64,000 nucleotides of DNA, taken from assembly GCA_963718235.1 (NCBI GenBank), contig CAVQYR010000002.1, forward strand, positions 736,001 to 800,000, read 5' to 3'. This document shows positions 21,724-30,296 of this stretch, piece after piece. The translations under genes were made by a program, and so were the position numbers. Source of the stretch: an uncultured Actinomycetota bacterium (lineage in GTDB: Bacteria > Actinomycetota > Actinomycetes > JAHEKZ01). Each line of letters begins with the position of its first letter. The stretch's first letter is position 1. A model generated the notes under the pieces. That model saw nothing but the letters and a program-made list of their open reading frames with translations. It did no database searches and was not told where the DNA came from.

Positions 21724-22386
21724 GCGCCCGGGTCGACCACATCGTCACCTCGGGGACCTTCAGCCTCGACGGCGGCACGTGGGAGGTCGACAACAACGTC
21801 TGGCTGGTGGGCGACGACGACGAGTGCCTGGTGATCGACGCCCCGCACGACGTCGAGGCGATCCTGACCGCGATCGGTGGACGACGGCTCACGGCGATCG
21901 TCTGCACCCATGGCCACGACGACCATGTGCGCGTCGCCCCCGAGCTGGCCCGGCGCACCGGGGCGCCTGTGCTGCTGCACGACGACGACCTTCCGGTGTG
22001 GCGGCTGACTCACCCCGACGTCGACCCGGACGGCTCACTGGTCGACGGTCAGACCCTCGAGGTCGCAGGCACGACGCTGCAGGTCATGCACACCCCGGGC
22101 CATGCCCCGGGTGCGTGCTGCCTCTACGCCGCCGACCTCGGGGTGCTGTTCAGCGGGGACACCCTGTTCGCCGGGGGACCCGGGGCCACGGGCCGGTCGT
22201 TCTCGGACTTCCCGACGATCATCGAGTCGATCTCCCGGCTGTTCGAGACCCTGCCGTCGGGACTCCCGTCCGACCTCCGGTCCGACGACCGAGTCCGACA
22301 CCGTCGTCCACACCGGGCACGGTGACTCGACCACCCTGGGTGCGGAGCGGCCGCACCTGCAGGAGTGGATCGCCCGCGGCCACTGA
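21720..22386 (+). CDS. MBL-fold metallo-hydrolase partnered with mscR (probable CTG start; frameshifting repeat insert at about 22254-22301)
   Basis: [38 protein letters not shown]; the C-terminal [11 protein letters not shown]...WIARGH is in another frame. Confidence 0.8.
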
Positions 22387-22396
22387 GGGCGGGCGG

Positions 22397-23113
22397 CTAC
22401 TCGCCCCGCTTGAGCGACTCGGTGAGAGCGTGGGCCGCCGCGACGACGGCGGGTGCGTGCTGCCGCCCGGGCTGCCGGGTGAGCCGCTCGATCGGGCCGG
22501 ACACCGAGACCGCGGCCACCACTCGACCTCCGGGACCGCGTACGGGTGCGGACACCGAGGCCACGCCGGCCTCCCGCTCGCCGACGCTCTGCGCCCAGCC
22601 ACGGCGCCGGACCCCGGCCAGTGCTGCTGCGCTGAACCGGGCGCCGCGCAGCCCCCGGTGCATGCGGTCCGGCTCCTCCCACGCCAGCAGGACCTGGGCG
22701 GCCGAGCCGGCGCTCATCGGCAGCACGGTGCCCACCGGGACGGTGTCGCGCAGTCCCGAGGTGCGGTCGGCGGCCGCGACGCACAGGCGCTGGTCACCCT
22801 GGCGCCGGTAGAGCTGGGCGCTCTCGGCGGTGAGGTCGGACAGCTGGGTCAAGACGGTGGCCGCTGCGGCCAGCAGCCGGTCCTCTCCGGCGGCGGCGGC
22901 CAGCTCGGCCATCCGTGGCCCCAGGACGAAGCGCCCCTGCAGGTCGCGGGCCACGAGCCGGTGGTACTCCAGCGCGACCGCGAGCCGGTGGGCGGTCGGC
23001 CGGGCCAGGCCGGTCGCAGTGACCAGCCCGGCGAGGCTCTGCGGTCCCGCCTCGAGGGCACCGAGTACGAGGGAGGCCTTGTCGAGGACACCGACTCCGC
23101 TACTGTTGTCCAT
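22397..23113 (-). CDS. ndgR: IclR family regulator NdgR/LtbR, divergent from leuCD
   Basis: MDNSSGVGVLDKA...TGLARPTAHRLA, GLRDTVPVG, SVSGPIERL; conserved position. Confidence 0.92.
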   Translation of the reverse strand: MDNSSGVGVLDKASLVLGALEAGPQSLAGLVTATGLARPTAHRLAVALEYHRLVARDLQGRFVLGPRMAELAAAAGEDRLLAAAATVLTQLSDLTAESAQLYRRQGDQRLCVAAADRTSGLRDTVPVGTVLPMSAGSAAQVLLAWEEPDRMHRGLRGARFSAAALAGVRRRGWAQSVGEREAGVASVSAPVRGPGGRVVAAVSVSGPIERLTRQPGRQHAPAVVAAAHALTESLKRGE

Positions 23114-23127
23114 GGAGCGATACTGCC

Positions 23128-23144
23128 GTCTCGGTATCTGAGAT
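23128..23144. promoter_or_regulatory. candidate NdgR operator in the ndgR-leuC intergenic region
   Basis: GTCTCGGTATCTGAGAT, matching the 17-mer at 1-17. Confidence 0.6.
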
Positions 23145-23183
23145 GCAAGCAGAAGGACCGGAACGCGTTGACAGGAGGAGCCG

Positions 23184-24608
23184 GTGACCGACCCCGAGGG
23201 GCGCCGTACGCCTCGAACCCTGGCCGAGAAGGTGTGGGACGCCCACGTCGTGCGCCGGGTCGAGGGCGAGCCCGACCTCCTGTACATCGACCTGCACCTC
23301 GTGCACGAGGTGACCAGCCCGCAGGCGTTCGACGGTTTGCGGGCGTCCGGGCGCTCGGTGCGGCGTCCTGACCTGACACTGGCGACCGAGGACCACAACG
23401 TCCCGACGCTCGACATCGAGACGCCGATCGCCGACCCGGTCTCCCGGGCCCAGGTCGACGCCCTGCGCGCGAACTGCGCGGAGTTCGGGGTGCCGCTGTA
23501 CGCGCTCGGCTCGGCCGAGCAGGGGATCGTGCACGTGGTCGGACCCCAGCTCGGGCTGACCCAGCCCGGCATGACGGTCGTCTGCGGCGACAGCCACACC
23601 TCGACCCACGGTGCGTTCGGGGCCCTCGCCTTCGGCATCGGGACCAGTGAGGTCGAGCACGTCCTGGCCACGCAGACCTTGTCCCTCAAGCCTTTCCGGA
23701 CGATGGCGGTCACGGTCACCGGGTCCCTGCCCGAGGGGGTCACCGCCAAGGACCTGATCCTGGCTGTGATCACTGCGATCGGCACCGGTGGTGGGCAGGG
23801 CTACGTCATCGAGTACCGGGGAGAGGCGATCCGGTCGTTGTCGATGGAGGCCCGGATGACGGTCTGCAACATGTCGATCGAGGCCGGCGCCCGGGCCGGG
23901 ATGATCGCTCCGGACGACACGACCTTCGAGTACGTCCAGGGCCGGCCGCACGCGCCGAAGGGCGAACAGTGGGAGGACGCCGTTGCGTGGTGGAGCACGC
24001 TCAGCACCGACGACGACGCCGTCTTCGACCACGAGGTCGTGATCGACGCCTCGACCCTGGAGCCCTTCGTCACCTGGGGCACCAACCCCGGGCAAGGTGT
24101 CCCGCTGTCGGCAGTGGTGCCTGACCCGGCCGCACTGGCCGACGCCGTCGAGCGGGCGGCCGCCGAGCGGGCTGTGGAGTACATGGGTCTGACTCCCGGG
24201 CAGCCGATGCGCGAGATCACCGTCGACACGGTGTTCGTCGGGTCGTGCACCAACGGACGGATCGAGGACCTCCGGGCGGCCGCCGAGGTGCTGCGCGGGC
24301 GCCGGGTCGCCGACCACGTGCGCGTGCTGGTCGTCCCCGGTTCGGTCCGGGTCCGGCTGCAGGCCGAGGCAGAGGGCCTCGACCAGGTCTTCACCCGGGC
24401 GGGTGCGGAGTGGCGCCACGCCGGCTGCTCGATGTGCCTGGGCATGAACCCCGACCAGCTCGCGCCCGGTGAGCGCAGCGCATCGACGTCCAACCGCAAC
24501 TTCGAGGGCCGGCAGGGCAAGGGCGGGCGGACCCACCTGGTGTCTCCCGCTGTGGCTGCGGCTACGGCGGTGACCGGCCACCTGGCCAGCCCGGCTGACC
24601 TGACCTGA
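23184..24608 (+). CDS. leuC: 3-isopropylmalate dehydratase large subunit
   Basis: [46 protein letters not shown]. Confidence 0.98.
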   Translation: MTDPEGRRTPRTLAEKVWDAHVVRRVEGEPDLLYIDLHLVHEVTSPQAFDGLRASGRSVRRPDLTLATEDHNVPTLDIETPIADPVSRAQVDALRANCAEFGVPLYALGSAEQGIVHVVGPQLGLTQPGMTVVCGDSHTSTHGAFGALAFGIGTSEVEHVLATQTLSLKPFRTMAVTVTGSLPEGVTAKDLILAVITAIGTGGGQGYVIEYRGEAIRSLSMEARMTVCNMSIEAGARAGMIAPDDTTFEYVQGRPHAPKGEQWEDAVAWWSTLSTDDDAVFDHEVVIDASTLEPFVTWGTNPGQGVPLSAVVPDPAALADAVERAAAERAVEYMGLTPGQPMREITVDTVFVGSCTNGRIEDLRAAAEVLRGRRVADHVRVLVVPGSVRVRLQAEAEGLDQVFTRAGAEWRHAGCSMCLGMNPDQLAPGERSASTSNRNFEGRQGKGGRTHLVSPAVAAATAVTGHLASPADLT

Positions 24609-24634
24609 CCACCGCGAACCGAGCAGGAGACGAC

Positions 24635-25222
24635 ATGGAACCGTTCACCCAGCACCGTGGCCGAGTCCTGCCGCTTCGCCGCGGAAACGTGGACACCGAC
24701 CAGATCATCCCGGCGGTCTACCTCAAGCGGATCACCCGGTCGGGCTTCGAGGACGGGTTGTTCGCCGCCTGGCGGTCCGACCCCGACTTCGTCCTGAACC
24801 AAGCGCAGTACGAAGGGGCGAGTGTCCTCGTCGCCGGCCCGGAGTTCGGCACCGGCTCGTCGCGGGAGCACGCCGTGTGGGCCCTGCAGAACTACGGGTT
24901 CGCCGTGGTCATCTCGCCCCGGTTCGCCGACATCTTCCGGGGGAACTCGCTGAAGGGTGGACTGCTGACCGTCGAGCTGCCCACGGAGATCGTGGAGGCG
25001 CTGTGGGCCAGGGCCGAACGTCGGCCCGAGGCCGACATCGAGGTCGACCTGGTGGCACGCGAGGTTCGTTTCGACGGTGAGACGGTGCCGTTCTCCCTGG
25101 ATGACTATGCGCGGTGGCGGTTGATGGAGGGGCTCGACGACATCGGAATGACCCTGGGGCGAGTGGTCGAGATCACCGATTTCGAGGCCCAGCGCCAGGG
25201 ATTTCTTCCCACGACCCGGTGA
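24635..25222 (+). CDS. leuD: 3-isopropylmalate dehydratase small subunit
   Basis: [25 protein letters not shown]. Confidence 0.97.
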   Translation: MEPFTQHRGRVLPLRRGNVDTDQIIPAVYLKRITRSGFEDGLFAAWRSDPDFVLNQAQYEGASVLVAGPEFGTGSSREHAVWALQNYGFAVVISPRFADIFRGNSLKGGLLTVELPTEIVEALWARAERRPEADIEVDLVAREVRFDGETVPFSLDDYARWRLMEGLDDIGMTLGRVVEITDFEAQRQGFLPTTR

Positions 25223-25383
25223 CCCCTCGACCGGGCCGACCCGATCGACGAATTCGAAGCGCCGAATCGCGTTGCGACACAACGGAAATCGACCCCCCGC
25301 GGTTGTTGTGTCGAGGCGTGTGATTGCCTAACGTCAGAACAGTCGGGGGATCCACCTGACATCAGGCTTTCGAAGGGGAAGTA

Positions 25384-25964
25384 GTGAACAAGGCCCAACT
25401 CATCGACGCGCTCGCCGAGCGCTTGAACGTCAGCCGCCGCGAAGCCCAGCACGCCCTGGACTCGATGCTCGACATCGTCGTGCGCAGTGTCCAGAAGGGC
25501 GAGGCCGTGGCCGTCACCGGTTTCGGCAAGTTCGACCGCCGGATCCGTCCTGCCGGTACGGCCCGCAACCCGCGTACGGGTGCGGTCGTGAAGACCAAGA
25601 AGAAGGCCGTGCCGAAGTTCGTTCCTGGTGCGGAGTTCAAGGCTGTCGTGTCCGGCCAGAAGAAGCTGGCTGCTGCGCCGAAGGCCGCTGCTCCGGCCAA
25701 GAAGGCTCCGGCCAAGAAGGCCCCGGCTCGCAAGACGGCGGCCAAGAAGGCCCCGGCTCGCAAGACGGTCGCCAAGAAGGCCCCGGCCCGTAAGACGGCG
25801 GCCAAGAAGGCTCCGGCCCGTAAGGCTCCGGCCCGAAGGCTCCGGCTCGTAAGGCTCCGGCCCGCAAGACGGTCGCCAAGAAGGCCCCGGCTCGCAAGAC
25901 GGCGGCCAAGAAGGCCCCGGCCCGCAAGACCACCGCGAAGAAGGCTCCTGCGCGCAAGCGCTGA
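25384..25964 (+). CDS. hupB: HU protein with Lys/Ala-rich H1-like tail (one-base deletion at about 25835)
   Basis: MNKAQLIDAL, GFGKF, ARNPRTG, PKFVPG; AKKAPARKT repeats continue in the shifted frame to TGA 25962-25964. Confidence 0.9.
25696..25960 (+). repeat. coding tandem repeats (about 30-bp AKKAPARKTx and 15-bp KAPAR units)
   Basis: Repeated gccaagaaggccccggctcgcaagacgg-like units. Confidence 0.85.
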
Positions 25965-25973
25965 CCTCTCGTC

Positions 25974-26013
25974 CCGAAGGCCCGGTCTCCCCGTGGGGAG
26001 GCCGGGCCTTCGG
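25974..26013. terminator. strong hairpin between convergent hupB and cofC
   Basis: CCGAAGGCCCGGTCTCCCC / GGGGAGGCCGGGCCTTCGG inverted repeat. Confidence 0.75.
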
Positions 26014-26039
26014 TGTGATCGGGGGCGGGTGCTCAGCGG

Positions 26040-26261
26040 TCAGCCCGGTCGAGGGAACGTGGCGATACCGACCGAGGTCAGCACGCCGTCGTCGTCGTAG
26101 TCGAGCCTGACCCGCTGGCCCAGGCGGAGCTTGAGCGCCCCGCCGGCGTCGAAGGCACCGGCGTCGAAGGCGAGCTCGAGGCCGTCGTCGCGCAGCACGG
26201 TGCCCGACCGGTTCGACGGGTCGAAGCTGCGCACGGTGGCCTGGACCACGGAGCCCGTCAC
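26040..26261 (-). CDS. small cold-shock/OB-fold-like protein (in-frame internal start in the cofC ORF)
   Basis: QATVRSFDP..RSGTVLRDDG...FDA..F.....LRLGQRV; own -10 TAGCCT 7 nt before GTG 26261. Confidence 0.6.
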   Translation of the reverse strand: MTGSVVQATVRSFDPSNRSGTVLRDDGLELAFDAGAFDAGGALKLRLGQRVRLDYDDDGVLTSVGIATFPRPG

Positions 26262-26888
26262 GCGACGAAGGCTACTGGGACCGATGATCACAGCGCTGGT
26301 GGCCGTCCCCACGGTCGCGGCGGCGGCGTCCAGGTCGTCGATGACGTCGACGTCCAGTCGAAGGCCCGGGCCCGCCGACGCGCTCAGGTCGAGCGCACCT
26401 CCCGCCAGGTGCCGGGCCAGGGAGCCGACACCGAACCGGGGGTGCAGCCGACTCGGCTCCGTGGCCAGCAGCAGCGTGGTGCCGTGGCCCTCGCGGTCGC
26501 CGACGACTGCGGCGCCGTGCTCGGGTGCGGAGTCGAGCAGCAGGGCGAGCTCGTCGGGCCTCGCGCTCGGCAGGTCGGCGACCATCACGACGACGGGCTG
26601 ACCGCTGGGCAGGTCCTCGACGGCCGCTACGAGACAACGGTTGAGGTCGCCAGCACCGTCGTCGCGGACCACCCGGACGCCGGTCCGCGGGACCGCCCGG
26701 GCCACGACCGGGTCTCCGGTCACCACCAGTACCTCACGCACCGACGGTGTCCTCACCGCCGCCTGGATGGTGTCCAGGGCCATCGCCAGGGCCAGCTCGG
26801 GGCGACGGGGGTGCGCCATCCGAGTCTTGGCCGATTCCAGGTTCTTCACCGGGACGACGACGACCCAGGAACGCGTGGGGGAGGTCAC
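26040..26888 (-). CDS. cofC: 2-phospho-L-lactate/PEP guanylyltransferase (F420 synthesis) running in frame into a small OB-fold-like domain
   Basis: VVPVKNLESAKTRM, DLP, GTTLL, FGVGS...H, LRLDVD; -10 CAGGAT 6 nt before GTG. Confidence 0.88.
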   Translation of the reverse strand: MTSPTRSWVVVVPVKNLESAKTRMAHPRRPELALAMALDTIQAAVRTPSVREVLVVTGDPVVARAVPRTGVRVVRDDGAGDLNRCLVAAVEDLPSGQPVVVMVADLPSARPDELALLLDSAPEHGAAVVGDREGHGTTLLLATEPSRLHPRFGVGSLARHLAGGALDLSASAGPGLRLDVDVIDDLDAAAATVGTATSAVIIGPSSLRRVTGSVVQATVRSFDPSNRSGTVLRDDGLELAFDAGAFDAGGALKLRLGQRVRLDYDDDGVLTSVGIATFPRPG

Positions 26889-26971
26889 CCGGTGATCCTG
26901 CCAAGTCGCTGGCGCGGCCGCTCGACACGGGCCCGCACGCGGGTGAGACTGACGCGGCGAAGGGAGAACTG

Positions 26972-27733
26972 TTGACGAGCGACCACGAGGCTCCGGCCTA
27001 CCGGTTGGCCCGTGCCGTTCTCCGCCCGCCGCTGATGGTCGTGACCCGTCGCGACTGGCGGGGCGCCGAGCACATCCCGGCAACCGGCGGCTGTGTCGTG
27101 GCGACGAACCACCTGTCCCACGTCGACCCCTTCACCTTCGCCCACTTCGTCAACGACGCCGGCCGGGCCCCCAGGTTCCTCGCCAAGTCGGAGGTCTTCG
27201 ACCTCCCGGTCGCGGGGTCGATCATCCGCAGCGCCGGGCAGATCCCGGTCTTTCGGGAGACCAAGGATGCTGCGCACGCCTTTCGGGCCGCGGTCGAGGC
27301 GGTCGAGTCCGGTGAGTGCGTGGTGATCTACCCCGAGGGCACGCTCACCCGGGACCCAGCACTGTGGCCGATGACGGGCAAGACCGGCGCGGCCCGGATC
27401 GGGCTGACGACGGGGTGCCCCGTGATCCCGGTCGCCCAGTGGGGACCCCAGCGGGTCCTCGCGCCCTACCGGCGCTTCCCCAAGCTGGTGCCGCGCAGCG
27501 TGATGCACGTGTGGGCCGGGCCTCCCGTCGACTTCTCCGACCTGGTCGAGCGTCCCCGCACGACCGAGGTGCTGCGCACCGCGACCAACCGGATCATGGC
27601 CGACATCGTGGCGCTGATGGAGCAGATGCGCGGCGAGACGGCGCCTCCGGTGCGGTTCGACCCACGCACCGCACACGTGCCGATGACGGGCAACCCGGCC
27701 CGGGCCACGCCCGACGGCGAGCAGGCCAGCTGA
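26972..27733 (+). CDS. plsC: 1-acyl-sn-glycerol-3-phosphate acyltransferase
   Basis: NHLSHVD, FLAK, YPEGT, KTGAAR; start inferred. Confidence 0.88.
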   Translation: MTSDHEAPAYRLARAVLRPPLMVVTRRDWRGAEHIPATGGCVVATNHLSHVDPFTFAHFVNDAGRAPRFLAKSEVFDLPVAGSIIRSAGQIPVFRETKDAAHAFRAAVEAVESGECVVIYPEGTLTRDPALWPMTGKTGAARIGLTTGCPVIPVAQWGPQRVLAPYRRFPKLVPRSVMHVWAGPPVDFSDLVERPRTTEVLRTATNRIMADIVALMEQMRGETAPPVRFDPRTAHVPMTGNPARATPDGEQAS

Positions 27734-28728
27734 TGCGAGCCGCGGTCATGGGTGCCGGGTCGTGGGGCACCGCGTACGGCATGCTGCTCGCCGATGCCGG
27801 TCACGACGTGGTCCTGTGGGGGCGCGACCCTGAGCTGTGCGAGGCCATCAACGGCACGCATGTGAACGCCAAGTACCTGCCCGGGGTCGTCCTGCCTGAG
27901 CGGTTGTCCGCCAGCGCAGATCCGGGATCGGCGCTGGCCGGGGCCGAGCTGGTCGTGCTCGCCGTCCCGTCGCAGACGCTGCGGCAGAACTTGACCGCGT
28001 GGGGCTCCGACGTGCCGGGCGAGGTTCCTGTGGTCAGCCTGATGAAGGGCCTGGAGCTGCAGACCCGGCAGCGGATGAGTCAGGTGGTGTCCGACGTGCT
28101 GGGCACGCCGGCGCGGTTGGTGGCGGTGGTCTCCGGACCCAACCTGGCCCGGGAGATCGCGGCCCACCAGCCGGCGGCCACCGTGGTTGCGTGCGTCGAC
28201 GAACAGGTCGCCCAACGTGTGCAGGCAGCGTCGCTGACCCCGTACTTCCGCCCGTACACCAACGTCGACGTGGTGGGGGTCGAGCTCGGTGGAGTGGTCA
28301 AGAACGTCATCGCCCTGGCCACAGGAATGGCCGAGGGCATGGGTTTCGGGGACAACACCAAGGCGAGCATCATCACGCGCGGGCTCGCCGAGATGACCCG
28401 GCTGGGGGTGGCGATGGGTGCGGACCCGCTGACCTTCGCCGGTCTGGCCGGCGTGGGTGACCTGGTGGCGACCTGCATGTCGCCGCTGTCGCGCAACCGC
28501 ACTTTCGGGGAGAACCTCGGCCGGGGTATGACGCTTGACGACGTCGTGGCCGCCACCCATCAGACCGCCGAGGGAGTCAAGTCGAGCCGGGCAGTGCTCG
28601 ACCTCGCCAGGGACCTTGGGGTCGACATGCCGATCGCCGAGCACGTGGTGGCCGTGGTCCACGAGGGCATGGCACCCAAGGACATGGTGCGCAGCATCAT
28701 GAGCCGCGAGACCAAAGCCGAACGCTGA
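27733..28728 (+). CDS. gpsA: NAD(P)H-dependent glycerol-3-phosphate dehydrogenase
   Basis: GAGSWGT, SGPNLA, KNVIA, GDLVATC, SRN. Confidence 0.96.
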   Translation: MRAAVMGAGSWGTAYGMLLADAGHDVVLWGRDPELCEAINGTHVNAKYLPGVVLPERLSASADPGSALAGAELVVLAVPSQTLRQNLTAWGSDVPGEVPVVSLMKGLELQTRQRMSQVVSDVLGTPARLVAVVSGPNLAREIAAHQPAATVVACVDEQVAQRVQAASLTPYFRPYTNVDVVGVELGGVVKNVIALATGMAEGMGFGDNTKASIITRGLAEMTRLGVAMGADPLTFAGLAGVGDLVATCMSPLSRNRTFGENLGRGMTLDDVVAATHQTAEGVKSSRAVLDLARDLGVDMPIAEHVVAVVHEGMAPKDMVRSIMSRETKAER

Positions 28729-28799
28729 GCCCGCCCCCGCCGATCGTGGCGGGCTCCACGTGGGAGTAGGGCCCTACAGTTGCCGACCAGGAGGACGCC

Positions 28800-28991
28800 A
28801 TGGAGTACCTGCTCTACATCGCCTTACCCCTGGCGATTGCGTTCGGTCTCCTTGCATGGACGCGTCGACACGGCAATTCCGGCCGGCGGCGGGGGGATCC
28901 TCAGGGTCACCGGGACCTCGGCAAGCAAGGCCTACCCGGTGCTGCACCCAACACCCCCGGGGAGGGCCTCGGCGGCGGCTTCGGTTCGTGA
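28800..28991 (+). CDS. small single-pass membrane protein, hypothetical
   Basis: -10 TACAGT, RBS AGGAGG, N-terminal hydrophobic helix followed by RRH. Confidence 0.6.
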   Translation: MEYLLYIALPLAIAFGLLAWTRRHGNSGRRRGDPQGHRDLGKQGLPGAAPNTPGEGLGGGFGS

Positions 28992-29046
28992 TCGAGCCGC
29001 CGGGCCGCCGGACCCCCAGGTCGCCCAGCGGCTCGGTCGGTGGTGC

Positions 29047-29706
29047 TCACAGGCCCCAGAAGGGGCCGGAGAGACCCGCGTCCCGCAGGTAGTCCTGGGC
29101 GACCGACGGCTCGCGCCTGACGTAGCCGCGATCGAGCCGTCCTTCGTACCACCGCGAGGCGAGCCGCCACAGGGTCGGCAGATCCATCACATAGCCCTCG
29201 GCCTGGTGGGTCCGAACCAACCACTCCGCGACGCAGCTGGGGGAGCAGAAGACCCTCTGGTTGCCGCAGGTGTGGACGACGTCGTCCCACATCTGCGCCG
29301 CCGGGACGAGGAAGTGGGCGACCTGGTCGCCCACCGGCGGCCGCTCGCGTCCCACGGACCACGCGTGGGGTCGGGCACATGCGGGGCAACGAGTGGCGAC
29401 GAGGACCTCGTCCTCCCAGGGCAGCAGGTGCGGAAGGGCGAAGGAGTCCCAGGCGCACCCACCCCACCACAACGTGTTCTGGCCCATCACCGAGAAGCCC
29501 AGCGGGACGGAGGAGAACGGGTGGGCCATGACGATCGCACCGTCGTCGCCCAGCACCACGTGTCGGTTCCTCGCCAGGGCACCCAGAGCGTCGTCGACCT
29601 CCGACGTATCGACGCCGAACCGGTCCGCCAGATCAGCGGTGCTGGGTGCACGGCCCGCGCGGCTGAACGTCTCGTACACGGCAAGGCGTACGTCCTCGGC
29701 ATCCAT
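29047..29706 (-). CDS. organomercurial lyase (MerB)-like protein
   Basis: N-terminal HTH, AHPFS, CAWD (cf. MerB C-x2-D), CPAC, HTC...FC. Confidence 0.78.
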   Translation of the reverse strand: MDAEDVRLAVYETFSRAGRAPSTADLADRFGVDTSEVDDALGALARNRHVVLGDDGAIVMAHPFSSVPLGFSVMGQNTLWWGGCAWDSFALPHLLPWEDEVLVATRCPACARPHAWSVGRERPPVGDQVAHFLVPAAQMWDDVVHTCGNQRVFCSPSCVAEWLVRTHQAEGYVMDLPTLWRLASRWYEGRLDRGYVRREPSVAQDYLRDAGLSGPFWGL

Positions 29707-29723
29707 CGGGACCTGCCGGCGCG

Positions 29724-30191
29724 CTACAGCACCAGGGGCTTGATCGGGGCGGCGATCAGGCTCGGGTCGCTGCGCCAGTCGACGCCGGGCACGTCGATGT
29801 AGAGCTCGATCTCGTTGCCGTCGGGGTCGGCGATGTAGAGGCTGTGCGTCACCGTGTGGTCGCTGGCGCCGAGCACCTCGACGTCGTTCGCCTTCAGCGT
29901 CGCCAGGGCTTCGCGCAGCTCGTCGTCGCTGTCGCCGACTTTGAGTCCGAAGTGGTAGAGACCGACGCGGCGACCGGCCGGGAGCGTTGCGGCGTCTGGC
30001 CCGACCTCGATGAGCAGCAGCTCGTGATGCGTTCGGTCAGAGGGCGCCGAGAACCCTGCTGCCCGAAACGGCAGCGGGTCGGCACCGCCACCGAGGATCG
30101 CCCGCCAGCCGAGCACGTCGCGGTAGAACCGCACCGAACGGTCCAGGTCTCGGACATAGAGCACCAAGTGACCGAGCTCTTTGATCTCCAC
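29724..30191 (-). CDS. VOC/glyoxalase family protein
   Basis: LGHLVLYVRDL..S..FY..VLG, YHFGL, DPDGNEIEL. Confidence 0.88.
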   Translation of the reverse strand: MEIKELGHLVLYVRDLDRSVRFYRDVLGWRAILGGGADPLPFRAAGFSAPSDRTHHELLLIEVGPDAATLPAGRRVGLYHFGLKVGDSDDELREALATLKANDVEVLGASDHTVTHSLYIADPDGNEIELYIDVPGVDWRSDPSLIAAPIKPLVL

Positions 30192-30296
30192 CGCGTCTCC
30201 CTGCGTGGCCAACCGTGCCTTGTCCTCGGAAATGTAGTGCAGATCGTCAGCGCGACCGCCAGGGCAGCACTCAGCCTCGGGGTCGCTGACGTCGTG

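Noticed and set aside
20307-22386. Possible island integrated at tRNA-Glu (mscR-MBL)
   Set aside because: No integrase, no duplicated tRNA 3' end seen, and composition looks like the flanks.
30245-30291. CGTCAGCG...CGCTGACG inverted repeat resembling the rpmB repeat arms
   Set aside because: 8-bp GC-rich arms with a long loop; too short to define a dispersed repeat family.
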